A stretch of 64,000 bases of DNA from Candidatus Moraniibacteriota bacterium (GCA_016699875.1 CP064989.1:776788-840787); one strand, 5' to 3'. Positions 1-9,650 are shown, counted from the stretch's first letter. Numbers and translations are program-made. Notes: generated by a model not told the origin, from the sequence alone.

Positions 1-684
1 ACGATTGAAGATCCGGTCGAATATGATATGGCAGGTATCAATCAGATCCAAGTGAATCAGCGTGCCAATCTTACCTTTGCGACGGGACTGCGCAGTATCC
101 TGCGCCAGGATCCGAATATTATTCTTGTCGGGGAGATCCGCGATGAAGAAACGTCCGGCATAGCAATTAATCTGGCAATGACAGGGCATCTTGTGCTCTC
201 GACGCTCCATGCCAATGATGCGGCGACCACGATTCCGCGATTGCTCGATCTTGGCACTGAGCCGTTCCTTATCGCTTCGACCGTGTCGGTTGTTGTGGCG
301 CAGCGGCTGGTCCGGAAAATCCATGAACCGTGTCGGGTGAGCGAGGAAGTCTCTTTGGATGTGCTTCGAAAGGAGCTCAGCGAGGAGTTGGTGCGGAAAA
401 TGTTTCCAAGGAAAGCATCTCTGCAAAAGGGGATGACTCGCGTGTATCGTGGCAAGGGTTGTTCGCTGTGTCATGGAAGCGGGTATGCGGGGCGCATCGG
501 TATCTTCGAAGTGCTTTTACTGGATGAGGCGCTTCGCCATGCTATTATGGAGCGTGCAACGGCAAGTGAAATCCAGGCGATCGCGAAGCAATCCGGCATG
601 CGAACGATGATTGAGGATGGCATCGAGAAGGTCCGCCAAGGAATAACGACGCTCGACGAAGTTATCCGAGTTGCCCGGGAATAA
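1..684 (+). CDS. pilB: Type IV pilus / T2SS assembly ATPase, PilB/GspE family, C-terminal part (5' end lies outside window)
   Basis: Reading frame open to window edge; Asp-box/His-box region ([23 protein letters not shown]), C-terminal tetracysteine motif (EPCR...[22 protein letters not shown]) typical of PilB/GspE rather than PilT; immediately followed by pilC. Confidence 0.85.
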   Translation, partial: TIEDPVEYDMAGINQIQVNQRANLTFATGLRSILRQDPNIILVGEIRDEETSGIAINLAMTGHLVLSTLHANDAATTIPRLLDLGTEPFLIASTVSVVVAQRLVRKIHEPCRVSEEVSLDVLRKELSEELVRKMFPRKASLQKGMTRVYRGKGCSLCHGSGYAGRIGIFEVLLLDEALRHAIMERATASEIQAIAKQSGMRTMIEDGIEKVRQGITTLDEVIRVARE

Positions 685-694
685 ATAAGAAAAT

Positions 695-1750
695 ATGTTT
701 TCTTCTCATATTCGATTGTCGGACCGGGCAGTGTTTGCAAAGCATCTTGCAATGATGCTCAAGAGCGGTATTTCTCTCGCGGAGGCGCTTCGCGTATTGG
801 AGATGGAAACAAAGAACGTGGCTTTTCGGAATATCCTTCAAGCAATTTGTGCCGATGTCGAGAGTGGGAAGAAACTTGCTGAGGCGCTTCGAATCCACCC
901 GAAAGACTTCGATCCGTTTTTCGTTAGTGTTATTGAAGTGAGTGAGGAATCGGGCACGCTTTCCGAGAATCTGGAATTTCTTGCAAAGCAACTTTCAAAA
1001 GAAGATATGCTCCATAAAAATATCCGGGGAATCTTGCTCTATCCATCGCTTATCCTCGGTGTTGCGGCTGTTATGGGGAGTTTTATTAGCATATTCATAC
1101 TGCCGAAACTGATCGATCTCTTCGATTCGCTCGATGTGGCGCTTCCATGGTCGACGCAAGCGCTTTTGTGGTTCGCCGCTTTGATGAAATCGCATGGCAT
1201 CCTCATTATTTTGGCGTGTTTCGGTTTTTTCTTTGCGTTTCGTTTCATGGTGCATACTCATCTCATCAAGTCGAGATGGCATGCATTGCTTCTTTCATTG
1301 CCCATAATAGGCCGATTCATTGCGGCTGTTTCTTTGGGGCGGCTTTTTCGCGGGCTGGGAATTATGATGCGAAGTGGACTTCCTCTGGTGCACGCACTTG
1401 GCGTTGAGGAAGAGAGTTTAACTAATCGCGTCTTTCAGCGATATGCTCGCGAATTGAAAGAGGGTGTCTCAACAGGCACAGAGCTTTCGGCGCTACTCGA
1501 ACGTTCAGGATTCCAACATGTGCCACCTCTTGCGACAAAGATGGTGGCGGTTGGCGAACGGACGGGGAAGCTTGATGAGAGTTTTTTCTTTCTGAGTCAA
1601 TTTTTTGATGAAGAGGTAGATACGGTGGCAAAGCGATTCTCAACACTTCTCGAACCGGCATTGCTTTTCGGGATTGCCGGCATTGTGCTTTTTATCGCGC
1701 TCTCTATTATTACCCCGATCTATTCGCTGACGGGATCACTGCAGAGATAA
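695..1750 (+). CDS. pilC: Type IV pilus assembly inner-membrane platform protein PilC/GspF family
   Basis: 351 aa; paired GspF-type cytoplasmic domains (LAMMLKSGISLAEALRVLE ... GRFIAAVSLGRLFRGLGIMMRSGLPLVHAL) with 3 TM segments; 11-nt gap after pilB stop. Confidence 0.85.
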   Translation: MFSSHIRLSDRAVFAKHLAMMLKSGISLAEALRVLEMETKNVAFRNILQAICADVESGKKLAEALRIHPKDFDPFFVSVIEVSEESGTLSENLEFLAKQLSKEDMLHKNIRGILLYPSLILGVAAVMGSFISIFILPKLIDLFDSLDVALPWSTQALLWFAALMKSHGILIILACFGFFFAFRFMVHTHLIKSRWHALLLSLPIIGRFIAAVSLGRLFRGLGIMMRSGLPLVHALGVEEESLTNRVFQRYARELKEGVSTGTELSALLERSGFQHVPPLATKMVAVGERTGKLDESFFFLSQFFDEEVDTVAKRFSTLLEPALLFGIAGIVLFIALSIITPIYSLTGSLQR

Positions 1751-1971
1751 GGAAGGTCAGAAGATGGGAGATAGAGGGTGGAAGATGGAAATTTGGAATT
1801 CAGGATACTAGGTTACGAATCATCCTACCTATTATATTAACTGTATTAACTCTTTTTCCGCTATTCCAATTCAACTCTTCCTTTCTATCTCCCGACCGAA
1901 GTGGAGGGATCTCAATCGCGTTAGTGATGCGGGAGAGAGAAGATGGGGGTTGGAAGGTAGGAGAGGGGGAA

Positions 1972-2457
1972 ATGAAAAATATGGCAAAATGTCAGATATT
2001 TAATATTCGGTACCCCAAAAGTTCTTCTCAGGGGTTTACAATCATTGAATTGCTACTCGTTGTAGCAATTTTCTTTGCTGTTGCTGGTTTTGCTCCAGCT
2101 TTTTACAACCGGTTTTTTTTACAAGATGCGGTAGTTGAAGCGGCTGATCGCATAGCGGGATCACTCCGAAATGCACAGGGATTTTCGCTTGCTGGGAAGG
2201 GGAGTCTTCCATGGGGAGTAGCTCTCAATGGTAATGCGGTTGTTTTGTTTCAGGGCAATTCATTCGCCACTCGGAATACAGCACTTGATCGGCAAATTGC
2301 TCTGCCTTCATCGGTGTCAATAAGTGGACTCAGCGAAACCGTTTTTGCTCGTGTGTCAGGGATGCCGACAGCGCCGCTCACGATTTCTCTTACTGCTTCT
2401 GGCGGCGTGTCGCGCAGCGTTCTCATGAACTCACTTGGCGTGGTGAGTCGGGAATAA
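1972..2457 (+). CDS. Type IV (pseudo)pilin-like protein with prepilin cleavage/methylation motif
   Basis: N-terminus ...KSSSQG|FTIIELLLVVAIFFAVAGFA is a class III signal peptide (G|FTxxE + hydrophobic helix); start chosen at ATG 1972 preceded by purine-rich RBS (ggtaggagaggggg); ORF track starts it at 1924. Confidence 0.75.
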   Translation: MKNMAKCQIFNIRYPKSSSQGFTIIELLLVVAIFFAVAGFAPAFYNRFFLQDAVVEAADRIAGSLRNAQGFSLAGKGSLPWGVALNGNAVVLFQGNSFATRNTALDRQIALPSSVSISGLSETVFARVSGMPTAPLTISLTASGGVSRSVLMNSLGVVSRE

Positions 2458-2505
2458 GGGCGATAAATGCCTTGCTTGAAGCGAGGGTAAATAATTGTGC
2501 TCATA

Positions 2506-2546
2506 AAAACAAAACAGGGAACGTTGAAACGTCCCTGTTTTGTTTT
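2506..2546. terminator. Bidirectional rho-independent terminator between convergent pilin gene and surface-protein gene
   Basis: Perfect 15-bp stem aaaacaaaacaggga / tccctgttttgtttt with 11-nt loop; A-run on one side, T-run on the other. Confidence 0.8.
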
Positions 2547-2579
2547 TTGCTGCCCTATCTAAATTCAATGCTCTACATG

Positions 2580-3030
2580 CTACATCCCCGCCCCCTGCAC
2601 CTGCCAGTAGAACGTAGAACACGTTGTGTCTCTGCATCCGCACTTCCATCGGCCTCCTTGTATACTGCAGGTCATACCAACCAGGTAGGCGGGATCGGAA
2701 GCGCTGGTTGTAGAGATATCGGTATCGGTGAGAGTGGTAGAGACACTTCCTTGGCACCAGTCTCCATTCAAGGCTCCGGTACAGGTTCCGGTGAAGGAGG
2801 TCCAGTCAGATATACCGGGATCATAGTAGTAGCCTTTGGTATAGACGATACGGGTAGTGTCTCCGGTGATACCGAGGGTGGCGTTTATCGTGTGGGTATC
2901 ACTGCTGGTACAGGTGGTGGAGATGAGAGGGGTGTTACTCACAAAGACGTCATAGGGGGCACCGTAGCCGGTGTAGGTTGAGGTGGTGAAGTTGGTGGGG
3001 GTGACGGTGGAGCAGGAGGTGGGGGTGGAG
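2580..3030. repeat. Left copy of ~450-bp inverted repeat (C-terminal cassette of surface protein); partner at 9197..9650
   Basis: Reverse complement of 2580-3030 aligns by eye to 9197-9650 with only ~11 substitutions; mirrored spurious ORFs in the six-frame track (2472..2981+ vs 9249..9479-; 2431..2757- vs 9473..9676+) confirm it. Confidence 0.85.
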
Positions 3031-5117
3031 GTTCCTCCTGTAGTGAGTGGGGTGTTCATGTCGGTCTGTATTTCTGACTGGGTGAGGGCAGTGTTGTAGA
3101 TTCTTACGTCGTCGATTCTTCCATTCCAACTCTGATTGCTCCAACCCATACCGACATGGACGGGATTGGTTGAGGATTGAAGTGTAGCAGTGATATTTGT
3201 TGATTGAGTACTCTGAACACCATTCAAGTATACCGTGAGCGTATTGTTTGTATCATCAAAGATGCCAGTGACATGAGTCCAGGTATTGAGGGAGAGCGTG
3301 GTTGTGGTAGTTGCGGTATACCAGATTCCTCCACTGGAGAATCCTACCTGTATTTGTCCACTGTTGGTTTCTTGGAGGTGGTAGTCGGAAGAAGAATCGT
3401 TTACCTTGGTGATAATATCTCGATCTCCGGAGAAACTCGTGGGATACACCCAGGCAGAGAGCGTGAGGGATGAGGTGAGATTAAGCGTGCTTGGGTTGCC
3501 GATATTCACCAGATCATCCACTCCATCAAAAGTGAGAGAGTCGCTGTATTTTCCGGTCGTATTCCAGCTCGTGCCGTTTTGGAGCGCCCCCGTATTCGTG
3601 TGTCCGGAAACATCTTCAGTCGTAGTTCCTGATCCTTCATTGAAGTTAAGTCCGAGCATGAGAGAATCAGAGACCGGAGGCGCCTGATCAGTCGTAGCTT
3701 GAGATACGGATGAGTAGGAAGAGGTATTGTTTGCTGCATCTGTGGCTCGTACTCGGTAGCGGTACGTAGTAGAGGCAGAAAGTCCGGTATCTTGGTAAGA
3801 GTTCGCGGTGGGAGTTCCTACTTGAGAGAAAGTTGTGCAGGATGATCCTGGGCAGCGTTCAACTTGATAGTTGGTAACACTAATGTTGTCTGTGGAAGCG
3901 GTCCAGGTGAGATCGATGGTGCTGGATCCGCCAGTGGTCGGAGTAGCGGCTTGAAGGTTGGTGGGAGTAGTAGGAGGAGTGGTATCGGGAGCCTGAGTCG
4001 TGGCTCCAACGACATTGCTCCATCCGCTGGTATTCCCTGCAGCATCGACGGCTCTTACATGGTAGGAGTAGCCGGTAGAAGCAGTGAGACCGGAATCAGT
4101 GTAGGGAGAGTTTTGTGTAGTTCCAATTTGGGCGAAGTTGCCACAAGAGAGACCAGTGCAACGTTCGATGTCATAGCGGACGACTCCGATATTATCGGTA
4201 GCAGCGGTCCATGAGACAGTGATGCTGGACTCTGAGGTGGCATTGGCAGCGAGTCCGATAGGAGAAGTGGGAGGGGTGGTGTCGGGGGTGGTATTGAGAG
4301 CAACATCACCGTTTGCCATGGTACCGCTGGCTGGGGTGCCTGAGGTGGAGTCAGAGTAGATTTCGAAATCATCCCAATAGGTATGATTGTTGGCATCGTG
4401 AGCCCATTCGGGACCATTATCTGACCAGTTGGATATTATGTTTAACTCATTCCATTTTTGGGATGAACTAAATCCTGTCTTCTCCCATTCCAAATAATCG
4501 TCTACCCAAATACGAAAAATCGAGCTACCTCCTCCTTTAGAGTAGAATTCCAACTTGTGCCACTGGGTATTTCCTATCAGCCCTGAACCGTAATTATTCC
4601 AATTGTTACAGGTTCCGTCAAGACACTCGATGTTTGTGTATATAGGACCTCCTGTTTGCTCCATCTGTCCGTCAGCAATAAAGCTATTTGTTGGATAATT
4701 CCCAGTTATCCGAATCCATTTTGATCCAAATTTATGATCAACATCATTGTCAACTCTTACCCACATGCGTATGAGGAACTCATTAGTGTAACTCCATGAT
4801 CCAAGGACGGCACTACTGTATGACGCAGGGTCATTCCATGCTACAGAACCATTCCAGTTGCATTGCATCATGTGAGATCCTCCGTGCGGGGAGTTACCAT
4901 CAATAGCCGTTAAGACATTGGTACATTTGTCATTTGAGCCACCCTGACTCCATAAGTTGGTATTTCCGCTTTCGAGGTCGTCGTAGAAGACTCGGGTAGC
5001 AGCGGAAGCGTTTCTGTTTCCCAGAAAGAGCATTGCCATGATGGACAATACGAAAAAACTCGCTCGCAAAAAGAGTGAACTTGTTCGAGAAATATTCATA
5101 AGATTTCTATTTTTCAT
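2580..5117 (-). CDS. Large secreted surface protein: signal peptide, novel N-terminal domain, 2x fibronectin type III, LamG/concanavalin-like domain, C-terminal Cys-rich ~148-aa domain
   Basis: 845 aa; N-terminal signal peptide (FFVLSIMAMLFLGNRNASAATRVFYDD); two FN3 repeats (ITVSWTAATDNIGVVRYDIERCTGLSC...YSYHVRAVDAAGNTSGWS and IDLTWTASTDNISVTNYQVERCPGSSC...YRYRVRATDAANNTS); LamG_3-type motif (NGRIDDVRIYNTALTQSEIQ); C-terminal domain near-identical to that of 7479..9650. Confidence 0.85.
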   Translation of the reverse strand: MKNRNLMNISRTSSLFLRASFFVLSIMAMLFLGNRNASAATRVFYDDLESGNTNLWSQGGSNDKCTNVLTAIDGNSPHGGSHMMQCNWNGSVAWNDPASYSSAVLGSWSYTNEFLIRMWVRVDNDVDHKFGSKWIRITGNYPTNSFIADGQMEQTGGPIYTNIECLDGTCNNWNNYGSGLIGNTQWHKLEFYSKGGGSSIFRIWVDDYLEWEKTGFSSSQKWNELNIISNWSDNGPEWAHDANNHTYWDDFEIYSDSTSGTPASGTMANGDVALNTTPDTTPPTSPIGLAANATSESSITVSWTAATDNIGVVRYDIERCTGLSCGNFAQIGTTQNSPYTDSGLTASTGYSYHVRAVDAAGNTSGWSNVVGATTQAPDTTPPTTPTNLQAATPTTGGSSTIDLTWTASTDNISVTNYQVERCPGSSCTTFSQVGTPTANSYQDTGLSASTTYRYRVRATDAANNTSSYSSVSQATTDQAPPVSDSLMLGLNFNEGSGTTTEDVSGHTNTGALQNGTSWNTTGKYSDSLTFDGVDDLVNIGNPSTLNLTSSLTLSAWVYPTSFSGDRDIITKVNDSSSDYHLQETNSGQIQVGFSSGGIWYTATTTTTLSLNTWTHVTGIFDDTNNTLTVYLNGVQSTQSTNITATLQSSTNPVHVGMGWSNQSWNGRIDDVRIYNTALTQSEIQTDMNTPLTTGGTSTPTSCSTVTPTNFTTSTYTGYGAPYDVFVSNTPLISTTCTSSDTHTINATLGITGDTTRIVYTKGYYYDPGISDWTSFTGTCTGALNGDWCQGSVSTTLTDTDISTTSASDPAYLVGMTCSIQGGRWKCGCRDTTCSTFYWQVQGAGM

Positions 5118-5223
5118 ATTCTACAATTTTATGAAGCATATGAAGTAATTGTAGCACAATCCGTATGGAGGGTGAGAGAGTTTGACTGAGAGTTGTCAAT
5201 GATGAGGGTAGCTCTGGAAATAA

Positions 5224-5234
5224 TCTGATATACT
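5224..5234 (+). promoter_or_regulatory. Extended -10 promoter (cTGaTATACT) ending 6 nt before ATG 5241; implies leaderless mRNA
   Basis: TGnTATACT motif read at 5226-5234; no Shine-Dalgarno between it and the start codon. Confidence 0.45.
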
Positions 5235-5240
5235 ATCAAT

Positions 5241-7448
5241 ATGTATAAAAACACTTCACGATTTCTTCAGTGGACACTTATCACTCTCGTTCTGTCCATA
5301 GTGGCAGGCTTGTATTTTTGGTACGGAAGCAAAGCAGGAGTGAGTATTGATACTCCCAGCATCACAGATACTACAGTAACGAGTGGGCTCATAGCACACT
5401 ACACTTTTGATCCGCCGGATGTGGTGTGGTCAGACGCGATAAGTGAAATTAAGGATCACACAGGAAATGGGTACCATTTCAATGCAGTTGGCTTAGGCGA
5501 ATCTAATCTCGAGCTGGGGCATATAGGACAGGCGCTTAATTTTATTCCGGGTAACGCTACCTCTTTACTTAGAACTGAGGCAGCATTTGATGCTCTTGCC
5601 ACCGGATCGATATCAATGTGGATAAAGTGGGATGGAACAAGCGTAGGAACTAGCGGGACACTCCTTGATCGAGGAGACTGTGGGTCGAATAATGGCCAAT
5701 TCCAGCTCTATATGGATATGGCAGCAAGCGCTATTGGTCTTTGGATGACTGCCGTGAGTGCGGGATGCTCAGCAACTGTCGACGCAGAGACAACGCTTGC
5801 AATTTCAGATCCGAAAGCATGGCATCATATAGTTTTTACGGACAGCTCTTCAGGGCATGTTGTCTATATTGATGGCAGTCCTCAGGCGCTTTCTTATACA
5901 TCGGGAAGTTCATCGGTAGATTTCTTCTTTGATAACGTGGGAGGGAGTCAGGAATATCAAATTGGCAGGAATAGTTCAGAGGAATTCGGCGGCCTTATAG
6001 ATGATGTCCGCATATACAATCGCGCGATCTCCGCTTCCGAAGTCTACCAACTTTATACTACTGGAACTGCGAAAGTAAACGCGCCGACAGAAGACCCCCT
6101 CTCCCAATCCCTCCGTGGCTACTGGAAACTCGACACCGGAAGCGGCACCTCTGCCACGGACTCTTCCGGCAATGGGAACACCCTTGCTATGACTGGTTCT
6201 CCCGGTTGGGTCACCGGAAACATCGGTCCCTATGCCCTCGACTTTTCCGGAAGTGGACAATACCTCTCCATCGCCTCTCCCTCAAGCGCTCTCGACTTTG
6301 CCGATGGAGCGAGCTTCACTCTGACTGGCTGGTTTAATCGAGATACATTCACCAGTGACCATACCATCCTCTCCACCAAGAGCGGACAATCCACTGAAAG
6401 TGATGGATATATTGCCTATATTGACGATGCAACCGGTCAGCTTATCATTCGCTTTGATGAAAATGGAACCACTGAGGCAAGAACATTTACATCTTCATCT
6501 ACCTTTACTATCGCTACTGGTTGGCATAACTTTGCTCTCTCTTGGAATGAAAGCGCTCCCGATGCCGTTCTCTATATCGATGGTAAACCTGATGGGTCAG
6601 GAAGCGGAACCGTCTTTGCCAGTATGGGAAATCTTTCCAACACCAATGCTTTCTATATTGGTGCTGAAACCGATGCTGGGAATCCTTTCGACGGAAAACT
6701 TGATGATATCCGTATCTATGGTTATGCCCTTAGTGCTGATCAGGTGAAGAAGATATATAATACCACCAGTCCCACGCAACCGATCGATACAAGTCTTGTT
6801 GGACATTGGACTTTCGATGGGGCGGATGTTGACTCGGCGAACGGTATTGTTCGCGATAAGTCAAGAAGCGGGAATGACGGAACATTCAATACGCCGTATG
6901 TCTCGCCGGCTGTCGGAAAATCGGGACAGGGCATCTCTTTTGACGGAACCGGATGGGAATTTATCCCATTAGCTTCAATGCGAAACTTGGAGATGGGCAC
7001 TGGAGATATGACCGTCAACGTGTGGGTACGTCTGGTGAGCAGTAATGCCGACACATACTTTGTGAACAAAAAAGACTCTGGCCTTGAATCGGGAGAAGGA
7101 TATTCTTTTTACTACTCCAACTCTCTTTCGAGTCTAGTCGTCTTAATCGGAACCGGATCGGCACATACATACTACGACACTTCGACAGCCTCTCTCCAGG
7201 ATGATCAATGGCATATGGTTTCATATGTTGTCGATAGGGACGCTGGAATCTCATTCTATCTCGACGGAACGTTTCTCGATATGGATGGAACAAGTGTGTA
7301 TAATGGAACTGATATAACGAACGCGTCGGAATATCCCGGTCTCGGGTATTCTGACGGAAACGGCGATGTTGTTTCCTACGATGATATTCGGATTTATAAT
7401 AGAGTGCTTTCTTCCGATGAAATTTCGAACTTATATCGTATAATGTAG
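5241..7448 (+). CDS. Membrane-anchored secreted protein with three LamG/concanavalin A-like (LamG_3) domains
   Basis: 735 aa; N-terminal signal-anchor (WTLITLVLSIVAGLYFWYG); three repeats of the LamG_3 signature (GGLIDDVRIYNRAISASEVYQLY; GKLDDIRIYGYALSADQVKKIYN; SYDDIRIYNRVLSSDEISNLY); divergently transcribed from 2580..5117. Confidence 0.8.
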   Translation: MYKNTSRFLQWTLITLVLSIVAGLYFWYGSKAGVSIDTPSITDTTVTSGLIAHYTFDPPDVVWSDAISEIKDHTGNGYHFNAVGLGESNLELGHIGQALNFIPGNATSLLRTEAAFDALATGSISMWIKWDGTSVGTSGTLLDRGDCGSNNGQFQLYMDMAASAIGLWMTAVSAGCSATVDAETTLAISDPKAWHHIVFTDSSSGHVVYIDGSPQALSYTSGSSSVDFFFDNVGGSQEYQIGRNSSEEFGGLIDDVRIYNRAISASEVYQLYTTGTAKVNAPTEDPLSQSLRGYWKLDTGSGTSATDSSGNGNTLAMTGSPGWVTGNIGPYALDFSGSGQYLSIASPSSALDFADGASFTLTGWFNRDTFTSDHTILSTKSGQSTESDGYIAYIDDATGQLIIRFDENGTTEARTFTSSSTFTIATGWHNFALSWNESAPDAVLYIDGKPDGSGSGTVFASMGNLSNTNAFYIGAETDAGNPFDGKLDDIRIYGYALSADQVKKIYNTTSPTQPIDTSLVGHWTFDGADVDSANGIVRDKSRSGNDGTFNTPYVSPAVGKSGQGISFDGTGWEFIPLASMRNLEMGTGDMTVNVWVRLVSSNADTYFVNKKDSGLESGEGYSFYYSNSLSSLVVLIGTGSAHTYYDTSTASLQDDQWHMVSYVVDRDAGISFYLDGTFLDMDGTSVYNGTDITNASEYPGLGYSDGNGDVVSYDDIRIYNRVLSSDEISNLYRIM

Positions 7449-7478
7449 AACATGCTAATTTTTTAGTGGACTTTTGTT

Positions 7479-9650
7479 GTGAAAACGCTTCGCGTAGTTA
7501 TGTTCGTTGCTCTGGGTTGTATTTGCGCGTCGAAAGCGAGCGCTGCCACGCGAGTTTTCTATGACGGCTCTGAGGCGGGAAATACCAACCTGTGGAGTCA
7601 GGCTGATTATCGGGATAAGTGCACATCGGTTACTTCGGCTGCCGATGGTGTTACGGGGCCATATTCCGGGTCGAGAATGATTCGCTGCAATACCGATGGC
7701 ACGGTTGCTTGGAATACGCCGAAATGGTTTGAGACAATGGCACTGAATTCTTTTCCTTATACGAACGAATTCTTGTTTCGAGCAGAAGTTCGAGTGGATA
7801 AAAATCACGCGAGAAGCGGTGATTCTCCGAAAAAGATTCTCCGTTGGTTTACCGGGAGTATTGACTACTTCGATTCAATCCATGATTCTTCAGGTTTCAA
7901 GAATGAGGGGCCAATTACATCTGGGTCGTATTGGGGTGATGCTCCCGGAGATAACACAGCATCATCGCAGAAATGGGGGAAAGTCGAGGTATACTATAAC
8001 AGTTCGAACAGGAAGCTTCGAGAGTGGCATGATGACGTGCTTATCCGAGATGAAACAACGGGAAATCTCGGTGGGAAATGGTACCCTTTGTATATCACTT
8101 CAAATTATGAACAGGTGCCATCGGGAGATAGTTTGAACTACGTCTATTTTGATGATGTGGAGATTTATTCTGATGCTACCTCTGGCACTCCATCTGCTTC
8201 TGGTACCATGGCTAATGGGGATGTATTGGTAAGTGGTGGAAGCGGCGGCACCTCCGACACTACTCCTCCCTCCAGTCCCACAAATCTTGCCGCTAATGCT
8301 ACGAGTGCCTCCGGTATTTCGGTCTCTTGGAATTCGGCTACTGACAATGTTGGGGTAGTTGGCTATCAGATTGAGCGCTGTACCGGACTCTCGTGCTCGA
8401 ATTTTACTCAAGTCGGAACTCCTTCTTCATCTCCGTTTGTTGATTCAAATCTTTCTGCTTCTACTGGCTACTCCTATCATGTGAGAGCGGTAGATGCTGC
8501 CGGAAACACGAGCAGCTGGAGCAATGTGGTTGGTGCCACGACTCAAGATGTTGCACAAACTCCTACTGTCACGCTTTCGGCAAATCCGACCAGTATCGCG
8601 TCAGGGTCTTCTTCTGTGCTCACATGGAGTAGTACAAATGCTACCAGCTGCACCGCCTCTGGAAGCTGGTCTGGCACCAAGTCAACGAGCGGTACTCAGT
8701 CCGTTTCGCCAACCTCGACAAGCACTTATACCCTCACATGCACCGGAACGGGAGGGAGTGCAAACCAGAGTGTGACGGTAACAGTCTCTGATCCAAACGA
8801 AGTTATCATTGATAACACCGACACCGCATCTGTCTCTTCTTCTGGGAGCTGGCTTCCATCAACTGCCTATCCCGGATACTATGGAAGCGATTATTTCTAC
8901 TCTTCCACCACAGCCGGAGAATGGTTCCAATGGACCGCATCTTCTCTTGTTCCAGGAACCTACGAGGTGTATGCCCGATGGCTGGCAGTCACCGGAAGAC
9001 CAACTGATGTGAACTATCAAGTCACCCATGCTTCCGGTGCCGCAACAGTCGGACCGGTTAATCAGGAGATAAACGGATCCCAATGGAATCTTCTCGGTAC
9101 TTACAGCTTCAATACAACCGGAGCGGTCAAAGTGATTGGAACTGCAACCGGATGGGAGGGAACCGCTGCTGACGCCGTACGATTCCTCAAAGTGACATCC
9201 TCCACCCCACAACCCTGCTCCACTGTCACTCCCACCAACTTCACCACCTCAACCTACACCGGCTACGGTGCTCCCTATGACGTCTTTGCGAGTAACACCC
9301 CTCTCATCTCCACCACCTGTACCAGCAGTGATACCCACACGATAAACGCCACCCTCGGTATCACCGGAGACACTACCCGTATCGTCTACACCAAAGGCTA
9401 CTACTACGATCCCGGTATATCTGACTGGACCTCCTTCACCGGAACCTGTACCGGAGCTTTGAATGGAGACTGGTGCCAAGGAAGTGTCTCTGCCACTCTC
9501 ACCGATACCGATATCTCTACAGCGAGCGCTTCCGATCCCGCCTACCTGGTCGGTATGACCTGCAGCATACAGGGAGGCCGATGGAAATGCGGATGCAGAG
9601 ATACAACGTGTTCTACGTTCTACTGGCAGGTGCAGGGGGCGGGGATGTAG
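7479..9650 (+). CDS. Large secreted surface protein, paralog of 2580..5117: signal peptide, shared N-terminal domain, FN3, Ig-like domain, CBM-like jelly-roll domain, shared C-terminal Cys-rich domain
   Basis: 723 aa; signal peptide (VMFVALGCICASKASAATRVFYDG); FN3 (ISVSWNSATDNVGVVGYQIERCTGLSC...YSYHVRAVDAAGNTSSWS) ~85% identical to FN3 of paralog; Ig-like (VLTWSSTNATSCTASGSWSGTKSTSGTQSVSPTSTSTYTLTCTGTGGS); domain with GTYEVYARW...VNYQVTHASG...INGSQWNLLGTYSF (carbohydrate-binding-like); C-terminal 148 aa ~97% identical to paralog. Confidence 0.85.
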   Translation: MKTLRVVMFVALGCICASKASAATRVFYDGSEAGNTNLWSQADYRDKCTSVTSAADGVTGPYSGSRMIRCNTDGTVAWNTPKWFETMALNSFPYTNEFLFRAEVRVDKNHARSGDSPKKILRWFTGSIDYFDSIHDSSGFKNEGPITSGSYWGDAPGDNTASSQKWGKVEVYYNSSNRKLREWHDDVLIRDETTGNLGGKWYPLYITSNYEQVPSGDSLNYVYFDDVEIYSDATSGTPSASGTMANGDVLVSGGSGGTSDTTPPSSPTNLAANATSASGISVSWNSATDNVGVVGYQIERCTGLSCSNFTQVGTPSSSPFVDSNLSASTGYSYHVRAVDAAGNTSSWSNVVGATTQDVAQTPTVTLSANPTSIASGSSSVLTWSSTNATSCTASGSWSGTKSTSGTQSVSPTSTSTYTLTCTGTGGSANQSVTVTVSDPNEVIIDNTDTASVSSSGSWLPSTAYPGYYGSDYFYSSTTAGEWFQWTASSLVPGTYEVYARWLAVTGRPTDVNYQVTHASGAATVGPVNQEINGSQWNLLGTYSFNTTGAVKVIGTATGWEGTAADAVRFLKVTSSTPQPCSTVTPTNFTTSTYTGYGAPYDVFASNTPLISTTCTSSDTHTINATLGITGDTTRIVYTKGYYYDPGISDWTSFTGTCTGALNGDWCQGSVSATLTDTDISTASASDPAYLVGMTCSIQGGRWKCGCRDTTCSTFYWQVQGAGM
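9197..9650. repeat. Right copy of ~450-bp inverted repeat; partner at 2580..3030
   Basis: See left copy; identity starts at the domain boundary (PQPCSTVTPTNF...) and stops exactly at the stop codon. Confidence 0.85.

Noticed and set aside
2472-2981. ORFs 2472..2981+ and 9249..9479- (Gly/Thr-rich), and 2431..2757- and 9473..9676+ (MPRKCL.HSHRYRYLY...)
   Set aside because: They are mirror-image artefacts of the inverted repeat, read in non-coding frames of the real C-terminal domain.
2580-9650. Diversity-generating retroelement or invertase-driven shufflon acting on the repeated C-terminal cassette
   Set aside because: No reverse transcriptase, no template-repeat with A-specific mismatches (the substitutions are mixed), and no recombinase or integrase gene anywhere in the window. 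Only homologous recombination between the inverted repeats remains plausible.
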